Assembly: GCA_031408295.1 (NCBI GenBank)
Contig: JANNVW010000103.1
Coordinates: 9,270-73,269, forward strand
Direction: 5' to 3'
Source: Ferruginibacter sp.
GTDB taxonomy: Bacteria > Bacteroidota > Bacteroidia > Chitinophagales > Chitinophagaceae
DNA length: 64,000 nt
Shown: one piece after another, positions 18,687 to 27,876 of the stretch
Numbering within the stretch: position 1 is the first letter of the stretch
Layout of the letters: each line of letters opens with the position of its first letter
Made by a program: the position numbers and the translations under genes
Notes under the pieces: model-generated
Databases searched by the model: none
The model's input: the letters and a program-made list of their open reading frames with translations, nothing else
What the model was told of the DNA's origin: nothing

Positions 18687-19832
18687 GGAGAGTACATGTT
18701 TTACGTTAGCATTTTCGATGATTGATTGTACTGGTACAAATGGCAAATCCTTCATAGGTGTTTGCAAACGTAGGTTAGGAAAAATAATATTGTGCTGCAT
18801 AGAGAGTAGCGAAATAACAGCTTCTAACCCCCCACATGCACCAAGTGTATGACCAGTGTAAGCTTTGGTAGAACTCATTTTAGGATACTGCCCATCAAAC
18901 AAGCGCTTAATAGCTGTACCTTCTGCTATATCGTTATTTTGTGTGCCGGTACCATGTAAATTTATGTAATCGATATCGCTGGGTTGTAAGCCACTTTTTT
19001 TTAGTGCTCCACTCATAGCCAAGTAAGAGCCTACACCATCTGGTGAAGATGCTGTTTGATGGTATGCATCGTTGGCATTGCAATAACCACTTAAAATAGC
19101 TTTAGGTATTTTACTTAAAGTAGCGGCTACTTTTTCTGATACCAATACTATATAACCTGCGCCCTCACCAAGGTTTAGTCCTCTGCGGTTTTCATCAAAT
19201 GGTTGGCAAAATTGCTCATCCAATATCATGAGGGTATTAAAACCATTGAGGGTAAATTTTGTCATGGCATCTGCACCGCCTGCAACTACTACATCTAGTA
19301 TATTATTTTTGATAAGCCTAGCGCCATAAAAAATAGAATTGGCAGAGGAAGAGCAAGCAGTGCTAATGGTAGTTATATAATCTTTAATACCGAGCTTGTC
19401 TGCTACAAGTTCTGTAACAGCACCGCACTCATGGTTCACTACATTGCGTAGTTTACCCTTTGCGTCATCTGCAAGAAAAGTTGTATAGAAATTTTCAGAC
19501 TTATCCATTCCACCGACAGAATTAGCAGAAACAAAACCAGTACGCAAGCTGTCCAAATTTTCTATACCTGCATCAGCCAATGCTTCTTTAGCAGCTACCA
19601 AACTTAATAGAGCTGTTCTGCTTTTTATGTCTTCTAACCCAGAAAGTAAGCCAAGCTCTTCATTGGTTAGTTTAACTTCTGCTACAGGCAGCCTGTTTTT
19701 ATGCAAGGAGTTCAGGTAATGCATATTCCCCATTCCTATCTTTTCGTTTTTGAGTGCATCAAAACACTCGGCAACATTATTGCCAATGGAAGAAATTGCC
19801 CCTAGGCCTGCCACAAAAACTTGTTCACTCAT
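18633..19832 (-). CDS. beta-ketoacyl-ACP synthase (FabF/KS-alpha like)
   Basis: Active-site Cys in STACSSSANSI, plus HGTGT and GHTLGACG. Paralog of 2662-3882. Confidence 0.9.
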   Translation of the reverse strand: MSEQVFVAGLGAISSIGNNVAECFDALKNEKIGMGNMHYLNSLHKNRLPVAEVKLTNEELGLLSGLEDIKSRTALLSLVAAKEALADAGIENLDSLRTGFVSANSVGGMDKSENFYTTFLADDAKGKLRNVVNHECGAVTELVADKLGIKDYITTISTACSSSANSIFYGARLIKNNILDVVVAGGADAMTKFTLNGFNTLMILDEQFCQPFDENRRGLNLGEGAGYIVLVSEKVAATLSKIPKAILSGYCNANDAYHQTASSPDGVGSYLAMSGALKKSGLQPSDIDYINLHGTGTQNNDIAEGTAIKRLFDGQYPKMSSTKAYTGHTLGACGGLEAVISLLSMQHNIIFPNLRLQTPMKDLPFVPVQSIIENANVKHVLSNSFGFGGNCSSLIFSKV

Positions 19833-19835
19833 TGT

Positions 19836-20099
19836 TTATGCATTATTAAATTGATGCGCCGTAATATATTCGGCCATCGTTCTTACTGTTTTAAAAACTT
19901 TCGGGCCTTCATCTGCATTAGAAAGTTTTATTTTATACTGTTGTTGTAAGAGCACAATCAACTCTAGTGCATCTATAGAATCTAGACCAAGGCCTTCCAT
20001 AAAAAGAGGCTCATCATCTGCAATATCTTCAGGTTTTAAATCCTGTAAATTTAGTTGGGCAATAATCTGCTCTTTCAGATTTGCTATTAACTTATCCAT
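19836..20099 (-). CDS. acyl carrier protein
   Basis: 87 aa with LGLDSIDALELI motif. Paralog of 2421-2684. Confidence 0.85.
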   Translation of the reverse strand: MDKLIANLKEQIIAQLNLQDLKPEDIADDEPLFMEGLGLDSIDALELIVLLQQQYKIKLSNADEGPKVFKTVRTMAEYITAHQFNNA

Positions 20100-20724
20100 T
20101 AGCTTTCAGGTATATTTTATTTATGTTTTCTGGGGTAAATGGAATTCCATCGCCCATTTTTTCTTTTTCTATTAAAAACAATACGGTCTTATATTCATCT
20201 TGCACATATTCTACCCAGCCACAAATACAAGCCTGCAAGATATTATTATTAATTAAGTTACTCACATATTGGCCTATAAATTCTGCATCAAATTCTTCAC
20301 ATATAAAAAAAGCGTTCTCTCCTTTAAATTGATGCCTTATACATATCTCACCAATTACTATATTTGGTAATGTATAAACGAAAAGTGCTGGGCTAGGGAT
20401 GTTTTTTGTTGTTTCTATATATTTTATATCAGTATCTAAACTTGCATTTGCATTAGAAAATACTACAGCTACATCTTCGGGTTTGTATTTGTTTACTATA
20501 AAACTGTCTTTTAATAATAATTCAGTAGCTAGCCAACCCAGTTTACTTAGGTTATCCATTTTGTAAAACTTTGGATATTTTATTCCAAAATTTTGATAAA
20601 CAGAAACTAAAAAATCTGAAACTGCTACATCTTTGTTCTCAAAAATGAGCCCGTCATTCTTATAAACCTCACGATTGCTAATAATACAACTAGCCGAAAT
20701 GTAGTTTTCTATACTTGCCATCAT
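20092..20724 (-). CDS. conserved hypothetical protein of the pigment cluster
   Basis: 210 aa ORF overlapping both neighbours by 4-8 nt (operon). No motif recognised. Confidence 0.4.
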   Translation of the reverse strand: MMASIENYISASCIISNREVYKNDGLIFENKDVAVSDFLVSVYQNFGIKYPKFYKMDNLSKLGWLATELLLKDSFIVNKYKPEDVAVVFSNANASLDTDIKYIETTKNIPSPALFVYTLPNIVIGEICIRHQFKGENAFFICEEFDAEFIGQYVSNLINNNILQACICGWVEYVQDEYKTVLFLIEKEKMGDGIPFTPENINKIYLKANG

Positions 20725-21977
20725 ACTATATCTTCTGCTAATATTTTTCCAATTTCAATAAGCCTTGCTAGTTTCTTTACCTCTTTTGCACTATCCTTCA
20801 CAAATGGATTGTTAGTGTCCCAAACATAACCTGCCAATACAGAACAAATCATATTTTTTTTCACGAGGTCAGGGGTTTCGGCAAAGAAAATAGTATCCAA
20901 AGTGCCATCATACCAAGTTTCTACATAGGTTCTAAATGTATCTATACCCTTCATCATAGGCTCGGTGTATTGGCTTTCCCAATCTACGTCTTCCCCATTT
21001 AATTTTTTAATTACTAAATTGGCAGCCATTTGGCTCGAAACTGTTGCCAGTGTTACCCCCGAAGAAAAAACAGGGTCCAAAAATTCAGTAACATTGCCAG
21101 TCAGTACATACCCATCTCCATAAAATTTATCGCTTGTAGCCGACCAAGACTCTTTTGTCATTGGCTCAAAAACAAATTCAACATCTTTCATTCTTTCACA
21201 TAAATAAGGCTCTGATTCCAACAAAGCCCTAAGCTGAACTTCAGTATTTCCCAACTCATCAAATGGTTTAAAAAATGAAGGGTCTCCTACAAAACCCACA
21301 GAGGTTATACCATTTGAAAATGGAATAACCCAAATCCATATTCCTTTTTGATGCACAATAATGGTAATGCGATCTGGCTCATCATCCATGGTACGCTTTG
21401 TATCTACCACATGGGCAAAAATAGTTTTTCGGCTTGCAAGGTTACTAGGTTTGTCTAAATTAAACATACTTGGTATTACCCTGCCATATCCACTTCCATC
21501 TACAATAAATCTAGCTTTTATTTGTGTTGTGTTACCTTCTTTATCTGTAATGGTAGTCACTGAGTTTGACCCATTAAATTCAATACCTGTTACTGTTGTT
21601 TCATAACTAACTGGCACGCCCATTTGTTCTACCGCATCTGCAAGCGTTTTATCAAATTCTGCCCTAGGTACTTGCCATGTCCAATCATAACCAGAGGTAA
21701 ACTTATCTGCAAAAAAATAATCGCACACTGCTCCATTTTTTACAAACTTAGCACCATATTTTTTTTGAAATCCTTTAGCTTTTACGGCATTTAAAAATCC
21801 TGCTTCTTCTAACGCTTCCATACAGCGGGGTAGCAAGCTTTCACCAATTACAAAGCGAGGGAATTTTAATTTTTCTACAATTTTTACTTTAAACCCAGCT
21901 TTATTTATAATAGAAGCAGCTACTGAACCTGCGGGCCCGGCACCAATTACGAGTACATCTACGTTTTCGGTTTTCAT
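20721..21977 (-). CDS. flavin-dependent halogenase-like FAD oxidoreductase
   Basis: GxGxxG (VIGAGPAGS) plus WIWVIP (the WxWxIP signature) at 21321-21338. Confidence 0.7.
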   Translation of the reverse strand: MKTENVDVLVIGAGPAGSVAASIINKAGFKVKIVEKLKFPRFVIGESLLPRCMEALEEAGFLNAVKAKGFQKKYGAKFVKNGAVCDYFFADKFTSGYDWTWQVPRAEFDKTLADAVEQMGVPVSYETTVTGIEFNGSNSVTTITDKEGNTTQIKARFIVDGSGYGRVIPSMFNLDKPSNLASRKTIFAHVVDTKRTMDDEPDRITIIVHQKGIWIWVIPFSNGITSVGFVGDPSFFKPFDELGNTEVQLRALLESEPYLCERMKDVEFVFEPMTKESWSATSDKFYGDGYVLTGNVTEFLDPVFSSGVTLATVSSQMAANLVIKKLNGEDVDWESQYTEPMMKGIDTFRTYVETWYDGTLDTIFFAETPDLVKKNMICSVLAGYVWDTNNPFVKDSAKEVKKLARLIEIGKILAEDIV

Positions 21978-23053
21978 TGCTTGTTTATTATTTTAGTACA
22001 TTTAATTAATGTTTGGCTTAAGCCTATATTATCTATTTGTTCTACTATTTTAAAATTAGCCTCTTCAATACACTTAATAAAAGTTTCTGCGCTATACATT
22101 TGACTATTTCCATTGGCTACAGCAGTAAAATATAACGACGTTTGTTGTAAACAAAATGCGGCTGTTTCAAATTTTTGTTTATCCCAAAATGGCTCCATTA
22201 TAATTATTTGCCCATTTTCATCAAGCGCATCGTAGCACCTATTTAGTATAGACACAATTTCAGCTTCAGAAAAACAATCCAAAAATTGGCTCATCCAAAT
22301 AGCATCAAACCCTGTTGGAAGTTTTACGGTTTCATCCAAAATGTTAGCCTCCAAAAACGAAATCCTATCATTTAACCCAAGCGCAGTAATTTTTTCCTTT
22401 GCTACATTTAACTGCCCAGGCAAATCAATCATAGTAACGTGTATATCTGCCGAATAATTTACAGAAGCCGTAGCCCATTTACCTGTATTACCGCCTATTT
22501 CTAATATTTTCTTAATGCCATTTGAGTATACTTTTGGTAATACCCGGTGAAAAGCATCATCCGAAAAATAATGGTCAAAATCAAACCAACTTTTTTGAAC
22601 ATGCTTAGGTAAAGACGAAAGACCCTCATACACGGTTTCCCATTCTCCAAATTCCTTTAACCCAACTGGTTTGCCCGTTTTTATACTTTCCTCAAGATAA
22701 AAAAGCCCCTTGTAATTTACATCATGCACAAAATCCATATTTACCCTTGTTAAAGGGTCGTGCAAAATATAATGACCCACTTTACCAATTGTATACCTCC
22801 CGTCATTCACAAGTACTAATCCAAGTCCCAATCCTGACTCTAATAATACCCTTACTCCATATAAAGATAGCTTTACTTTTTCAGATATTTCACTTATGAT
22901 TAATCCCGTAGTTCCACTTTGTTCAATTTCGTCAAGTATGCCGGTGTTTCTAAGCACCCTTGCTGCTTGAAAAATTGCTGGACCAAAAGCAATCCATTGC
23001 GCTATATCAATCGCTTCAAAAGCAGTGTTCTTTTCTGTAGAGAAAAAATTCAT
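21974..23053 (-). CDS. class I SAM-dependent O-methyltransferase
   Basis: Motif I ILEIGGNTGKW. N-terminal dimerisation/winged-helix-like region. 359 aa. Confidence 0.75.
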   Translation of the reverse strand: MNFFSTEKNTAFEAIDIAQWIAFGPAIFQAARVLRNTGILDEIEQSGTTGLIISEISEKVKLSLYGVRVLLESGLGLGLVLVNDGRYTIGKVGHYILHDPLTRVNMDFVHDVNYKGLFYLEESIKTGKPVGLKEFGEWETVYEGLSSLPKHVQKSWFDFDHYFSDDAFHRVLPKVYSNGIKKILEIGGNTGKWATASVNYSADIHVTMIDLPGQLNVAKEKITALGLNDRISFLEANILDETVKLPTGFDAIWMSQFLDCFSEAEIVSILNRCYDALDENGQIIIMEPFWDKQKFETAAFCLQQTSLYFTAVANGNSQMYSAETFIKCIEEANFKIVEQIDNIGLSQTLIKCTKIINKQ

Positions 23054-23086
23054 TATTATGTTATTTAATAGTTCTAGTTAATTATT

Positions 23087-24226
23087 TTATTGTTTACCAA
23101 AGATAAGTGCTGCATTGCAGCCTCCAAAACCAGAAGCTGTTTTTAAACAATTTCTTAGGCTGGTTTTTTGCAAGCTACTACAAATGTTTATGGGTTCTGT
23201 TACACCTATATTTTCAAACCCCTTGGTGGGTATTATTATATTTTCTTTTAAAGAATGAATAGCTATAATAGCTTCTATAACACCCGCTGCACCAAGTGTA
23301 TGGCCATAATAACCTTTCAAACTATTGGTAGGTACATGTTGCATATTGGCTAGTGTAATGGCTTTAGCCTCCATTTCATCGTTGTAAATAGTAGCAGTGC
23401 CATGTGCCGAAATAAAATCAACATCATTTGGAGAAAATAGTTTTGCTTCCTTCATGGCTTTAGTGATAGCAATATTAAGCTCCTCACCAGTACGAGATGG
23501 GCCAGAAATATGGTTGGCATCGTTACTAACAGAGCCTCCCATTATTTTTATATCTTGAGAAGTTTTTTTATTAGCCGAAAGAATAATAGTAGCAGCACCT
23601 TCGCCTAAATTTATACCATTTCTATTGGCATCAAAAGGTTTGCAAGGGTTTTCGCTAATGGCATTAAAAGATTGAAAGCCTGACAATACAAATTTTGAAA
23701 TGGCATCTGCCCCAGCCACAACTACATTATCATACTGTCCAGCTTGTATTAAACGCATACCAGTTAATATAGCCAGTAAGCCAGATATACAGGCATTGGA
23801 AACCACAATGGGTTTGCTTACAAATTTAAAATGTGAGGCTATCAAATTTGCAGAGCTACTTAAAGAAATTTTTTGTTGTAAACTGGGACTATACGTTTCC
23901 GTTTCTAACAAACCAATATTGCCTTTGGTAGAAGAAACGACAAGCCCTGTTTTTTTATCCGAAACATTTATACTACTATTTTCTAACGCTTTACTTATGG
24001 ACGCAATTAGTATTTTTTCAAATTTTGTAAAATTATTATTCAAGCTATTCAATAAAAAATGTTCATCTCCATTAAACAATGCACTATAAAAAGGCACTGC
24101 GGACATGCTTGCATTGCTATGCATTTTTATACCTGATACATTATTTTGTACCTGCAAAAAATTTTCTGCACTGTTACTACCTATTGGCGATAAAATATTG
24201 TCTGAAATAATAAAAACATCTTTCAT
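23087..24226 (-). CDS. beta-ketoacyl-ACP synthase (third KS)
   Basis: Active-site Cys in SNACISGLLAI, plus HGTAT, GHTLGAAG and SGFGGCNA. Confidence 0.85.
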   Translation of the reverse strand: MKDVFIISDNILSPIGSNSAENFLQVQNNVSGIKMHSNASMSAVPFYSALFNGDEHFLLNSLNNNFTKFEKILIASISKALENSSINVSDKKTGLVVSSTKGNIGLLETETYSPSLQQKISLSSSANLIASHFKFVSKPIVVSNACISGLLAILTGMRLIQAGQYDNVVVAGADAISKFVLSGFQSFNAISENPCKPFDANRNGINLGEGAATIILSANKKTSQDIKIMGGSVSNDANHISGPSRTGEELNIAITKAMKEAKLFSPNDVDFISAHGTATIYNDEMEAKAITLANMQHVPTNSLKGYYGHTLGAAGVIEAIIAIHSLKENIIIPTKGFENIGVTEPINICSSLQKTSLRNCLKTASGFGGCNAALIFGKQ

Positions 24227-24232
24227 ATACTG

Positions 24233-24658
24233 CTAATTCAACCCAATGCTTTTTTTCCAATCTTCAAAAAAAGGAGGGTTGGAGAGTTGTAAAATAGATT
24301 CCTCTTTATCTAAAAAAACTTGTACTGAGTAACCCGTAGCCACAAGCTCATTATTCAATGCATTGTATAAACGATACTCAAATCTTAGTTTTGCTGCTAC
24401 ACTAGGCACATAGGTTGTTTCCACAATAATTTTATCGCCATAGCGTACCGATTTTTTAAAATCGCAATGCACACTCACCACAGGTATTACAAACCCTTGT
24501 TTATATACGTCAAGGTAGCTCAAGCCATTCATATTGCCATAAGCTTCTCTTCCATCTTCAAAATATCTAATGTAATTGCCATGCCAAACAATACCCAATG
24601 GGTCGGCTTCATTAAAACGAATCAACAGCTCTATCTTACAACTCAGTTTTTTTTCCAT
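24233..24658 (-). CDS. acyl-CoA/acyl-ACP thioesterase (4HBT/YbgC-like hot-dog)
   Basis: ATG at 24658 gives MEKKLSCKIELLIRFNEADPLGIVWHGNYIRYFEDGREA. The upstream 41 codons of the track ORF look non-coding. Confidence 0.75.
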   Translation of the reverse strand: MEKKLSCKIELLIRFNEADPLGIVWHGNYIRYFEDGREAYGNMNGLSYLDVYKQGFVIPVVSVHCDFKKSVRYGDKIIVETTYVPSVAAKLRFEYRLYNALNNELVATGYSVQVFLDKEESILQLSNPPFFEDWKKSIGLN

Positions 24659-24889
24659 AAGGACTAAAATGATAATATTATCCGCTGTTGAGGTTAATGG
24701 AAATTCCAATATTGCTATTTGTAAAAAACAACAACATTGAAGAGCGATTAATATCATGCAAATTAATCGTTTCAGCACCAAAATTCAAATTATTATTTAA
24801 AACCAAAGCTTAAGAAGTTGCGTAGTTTGTAAGAAATTAACTAAAATGTTAAAGTTTATTGAAAATGATTCATCTATAAATTTACCAGT

Positions 24890-24897
24890 TAGTTTTG
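24890..24897 (+). promoter_or_regulatory. candidate -7 box (TAnnTTTG)
   Basis: TAGTTTTG lies 41 nt upstream of the ATG at 24938. Confidence 0.25.
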
Positions 24898-24937
24898 CGC
24901 TCGTTTAAAAAACCATAACATTAAAAAACAAAACATT

Positions 24938-25673
24938 ATGAAAAAGATTATCTTATTTTCTGCATTTGCAGTTTCTTACATCACCTCAATGGCTCAAGTA
25001 AGTTTTGGAGCTCAAGCAGGTGTTAACTTGGCTTTTGGTAAAGCAGCTACAGATATTGTAGATCCTTTTTTTAACACTACACTTACAAATGATCCCAAAG
25101 CAGGATTTACTGTAGGTGTTCTTGCGGAAATTCCACTTGGTGAAAAATTTGCTTTTAGACCAGAGCTCAATTTTATTCAAAAAGGAAGTACAACTGGTAT
25201 TTCGAATGCGCTTTTTTGGATTTGACCCACAGCAAAAAATTACATTGAATTATGTAGAACTTCCTTTAAATGTAGTTTATAAATTAAATGTAGGTAGTGG
25301 AAATTTCTTTTTTGGACTTGGTCCTGCTGTAGCTTTTGGAATATCTGGAAAGGTAAAATTAAGTGATCCATCAGACCCAACTGACACAGATTTAAATAGA
25401 ACTGCAAAAGTAAAATTTGATGGTAAGAAAAATGATGTTTTACCAGCAACTGATAATGATGCACATTTAAAAAGAATAGATGTTGGCGTAAATGCATTAG
25501 CAGGTTACAAATTGCAAAATGGACTCTTCTTTAAACTTGGATATAACTATGGTGTTTTAAACATTGATCCTAATAAAGAAAATGCACTACCACAAAACCA
25601 AACTACCTATAAGAACAGAGGATTTAATATTTGTATAGGTTATATGATTGGAGGTTCTAAAAATGATGATTAA
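24938..25673 (+). pseudogene. outer-membrane beta-barrel (porin-family/OMP_b-brl_2-like) gene split by a +1 frameshift in a T6 run
   Basis: ORFs 24938-25225 (signal peptide MKKIILFSAFAVSYITSMAQ) and 25116-25673 are two halves of one ~245-aa OMP. Deleting one T from 25212-25217 gives ...GISNALFGFDPQQKITLNYVELPL... Confidence 0.65.
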
Positions 25674-25693
25674 TAAAAACAATTAGATAAAGT

Positions 25694-25725
25694 AAAAAAA
25701 CTGTTAAGTAATTAGCAGTTTTTTT
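25694..25725 (+). terminator. candidate (bidirectional) intrinsic terminator
   Basis: AAAAAAACTG-12 nt loop-CAGTTTTTTT. The stem is weak and AT-rich. Confidence 0.35.
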
Positions 25726-25834
25726 ATGCCTTTTCCTTCCTCCTTTGTTCTTTTAAAAATTCTTGCCCAAAGGTTAGCTTCTTTGCTAGTGGAGAGTTGG
25801 GTTCTATTATTCTCCAAAAAGGACTCGTAACTAA

Positions 25835-26066
25835 AGGTTTTTCACAAGCATTTACCTACTAGTATAAAATAACCTACAGTGAAACCCTGATGCAGAAAAG
25901 GAATTCAATTAGTGGAAACTAAAACTCGACGCTCTTAGAATACAGGGTTTTCGCAAGTATAACCCCTTGTAATACAAAAGAACCTACTGTGAAATCACGA
26001 CACAGAAAGAAATTCAATTAATGGAAACTAAAATTCGGGGTTTATACCAGCTTGCGGGTTTAGAAC
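25835..26066. repeat. tandem array (~110-bp period, 2+ units) of degenerate GGTTTTTCAC/GTGAAACCC hairpin elements
   Basis: aacctacagtgaaa at 25871 vs aacctactgtgaaa at 25981. gaattcaattagtggaaactaaaactcg vs aaattcaattaatggaaactaaaattcg. Confidence 0.75.
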
Positions 26067-26121
26067 AAAATTTGTGTACAATTTATATTCTTCGTTTGTG
26101 AAAAGCCAGCCTCAACAAATA

Positions 26122-26454
26122 TTAGTTTATATTTTTATCACTTGAGATATTAGGCAAAGTAGTTACTTTAAATTCACCCTGCTTCAGTTTGGCACTGTGG
26201 CCAAATGTATTTACAAGATTACGATTCATAATCTCTAATACAGTATCTAATTCTTCTTTTGTTGCAGTATTTCCTCTATACACACCCAGCTTTTCTCCGC
26301 TTACTCTTTCTTTAAAATGAACCCACTCAAAAGTTTTATCTGCTTTTTGTTTTGCTAAAAGTTTATAATAACCAGTACCACTAATATAGCTGCTCATTAA
26401 GGCATAAATTATTTCTTCGTCTTTATCAATACTTAATATTGGTATAGGTTTCAT
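26122..26454 (-). CDS. hypothetical protein
   Basis: 110-aa ORF between two hairpin-repeat copies. No motif recognised. Confidence 0.4.
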   Translation of the reverse strand: MKPIPILSIDKDEEIIYALMSSYISGTGYYKLLAKQKADKTFEWVHFKERVSGEKLGVYRGNTATKEELDTVLEIMNRNLVNTFGHSAKLKQGEFKVTTLPNISSDKNIN

Positions 26455-26514
26455 AATTCAAATTAGGTAATTAAAATTAATTATTTGATATTTTCTTGTT
26501 TCATCATTCACAAC

Positions 26515-26575
26515 GGTGGGGTTTCACAACGAGCCTTCATTAGAAATTATTGTTTCCGTTTGAAAAAACCCACTG
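26515..26575. repeat. GGGGTTTCAC hairpin element (degenerate copy)
   Basis: Arms ggtggggtttcaca and tgaaaaaacccac. The loop contains ccttcattag, similar to the loops of other copies. Confidence 0.6.
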
Positions 26576-26700
26576 AGACAGAAAGCCTTTGCAACTATTT
26601 TTAAAGTATACCCCTGGTTAATGGGCAAGCAAATACGATGTTGTTTTCTATTGCCGAATCATTACGCATGGTTACAGTATCTAAAGATTTGCAATTTCTT

Positions 26701-27090
26701 TTATAGATTTTTGTACTCTTTCTTCGTTTTTATAATTCCATTTCTATACAAATCCAATGTTTGTTTAAGAATGGTATGAATTATTTTTATTGGTAAATCT
26801 TTGTTTGCATTAAACTGTATCGTTTTCATTCTTGTTCTTTTGCCTTGTATCAATAAAGGGTGATTTATCAATGCACCTTCTACAATTCCTAAGTAAGGTT
26901 CGTTTAGTTTTTTATCTATCCATAAATAGCAAAACATTTTTCGGTTATACATAAAAAAGGGCATGCCATATTTTAAAGTAGTCGTTATATGCTCATCTTG
27001 TTTCAAAATAATTTCGCTCAGCGCAAGCATGCAGCTTTTGCAAGGCTCGGCTTGGTTAGCATAAAAATTATCTAGGCTTTTATGTATCAT
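26701..27090 (-). CDS. hypothetical protein, possibly DUF1801/YdhG-like
   Basis: 129 aa. The pattern ...LKYGMPFFMYNRKMFCYLW... is recalled from DUF1801-type proteins (weak). Confidence 0.4.
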   Translation of the reverse strand: MIHKSLDNFYANQAEPCKSCMLALSEIILKQDEHITTTLKYGMPFFMYNRKMFCYLWIDKKLNEPYLGIVEGALINHPLLIQGKRTRMKTIQFNANKDLPIKIIHTILKQTLDLYRNGIIKTKKEYKNL

Positions 27091-27183
27091 TATGTCAAAG
27101 CTATAAAAAAGATTAGTTACAGTATTAAAAACTAAAATTATGCGTTAAGAAAGTTTTCCTTAACAACTTGTCTAGAAAAATTG

Positions 27184-27191
27184 TACATTTG
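27184..27191 (+). promoter_or_regulatory. candidate -7 box (TAnnTTTG)
   Basis: TACATTTG lies 19 nt upstream of the antitoxin ATG. It is the same octamer as upstream of the XRE gene at 18169. Confidence 0.3.
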
Positions 27192-27209
27192 GTTATTAAT
27201 ATTTCGAGT

Positions 27210-27461
27210 ATGAAAACATTAACCGTTGGCGAATTTAAAGCGCAATTTAGTAGTGTAATAGAAATGATAAAAGCCGGTGAAGAAGTGGAAGTAACTTTTG
27301 GAAAACAAAAGGAAGTTATTGGTGTGTTTAAACCAAAGGAAAAGAAGAAGGATACAAGGGTGAAAATCGGATTGCTTAATAATATGAAAGGCTATAGAAT
27401 GGCAAAAGATTTTACCGAAACAACTTTTGAAGATTTCCCCATGAAAGAATTATATGAATAA
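27210..27461 (+). CDS. type II antitoxin (Phd/YefM-like)
   Basis: MKTLTVGEFKAQFSSVIEMIKAGEEVEVTFGK. 83 aa. Overlaps the downstream PIN gene by 8 nt. Confidence 0.65.
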   Translation: MKTLTVGEFKAQFSSVIEMIKAGEEVEVTFGKQKEVIGVFKPKEKKKDTRVKIGLLNNMKGYRMAKDFTETTFEDFPMKELYE

Positions 27462-27855
27462 ATTTTTAATGGATACCCATATTTTATTGTGGCTTTATTT
27501 TAATTCAGATAAATTATCAAAAAATGTCAATTCACTTTTTAAACAAAGTGGGAATACCTTTTATGTGAGTACTGTTTCTATTTGGGAGATTAGTATAAAA
27601 TTTCATTTAGGAAAACTTGACTTAGGTAATTTGAATCCATTCGATTTAAGAAACTTGATTCTAGAAAATAATATTAAAATTATCAATCTTGATTCTGATA
27701 CTGCCGCTACTTTGTTTCAATTAAATGCCACTTACCACAAAGACCCTTTCGACAGAATGCTTATTTGGCAAGCTATACAAAACAATTATACTTTTATTAC
27801 TGATGATAAAAATATAAAATTGTACAAAAGTGAAGGCTTAAAAACGGTTTGGTAA
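27454..27855 (+). CDS. vapC: type II toxin, PIN domain (VapC family)
   Basis: LMDTHILLWL N-terminal acidic motif, SIWEISIK, and DPFDRMLIWQA...ITDD C-terminal acidic residues. Confidence 0.8.
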   Translation: MNKFLMDTHILLWLYFNSDKLSKNVNSLFKQSGNTFYVSTVSIWEISIKFHLGKLDLGNLNPFDLRNLILENNIKIINLDSDTAATLFQLNATYHKDPFDRMLIWQAIQNNYTFITDDKNIKLYKSEGLKTVW

Positions 27856-27876
27856 TTTAGTATAATATAGATTCCT

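Noticed and set aside
24659-24781. 41-codon N-terminal extension of the thioesterase ORF (…QCCCFLQIAILEF…)
   Set aside because: Its composition looks non-coding. The internal ATG at 24658 gives a canonical ~141-aa hot-dog thioesterase.
25835-26066. Possible CRISPR array
   Set aside because: Only 2-3 units, a ~110-nt period, repeats that are themselves hairpin-element copies also found singly elsewhere, and no cas genes.
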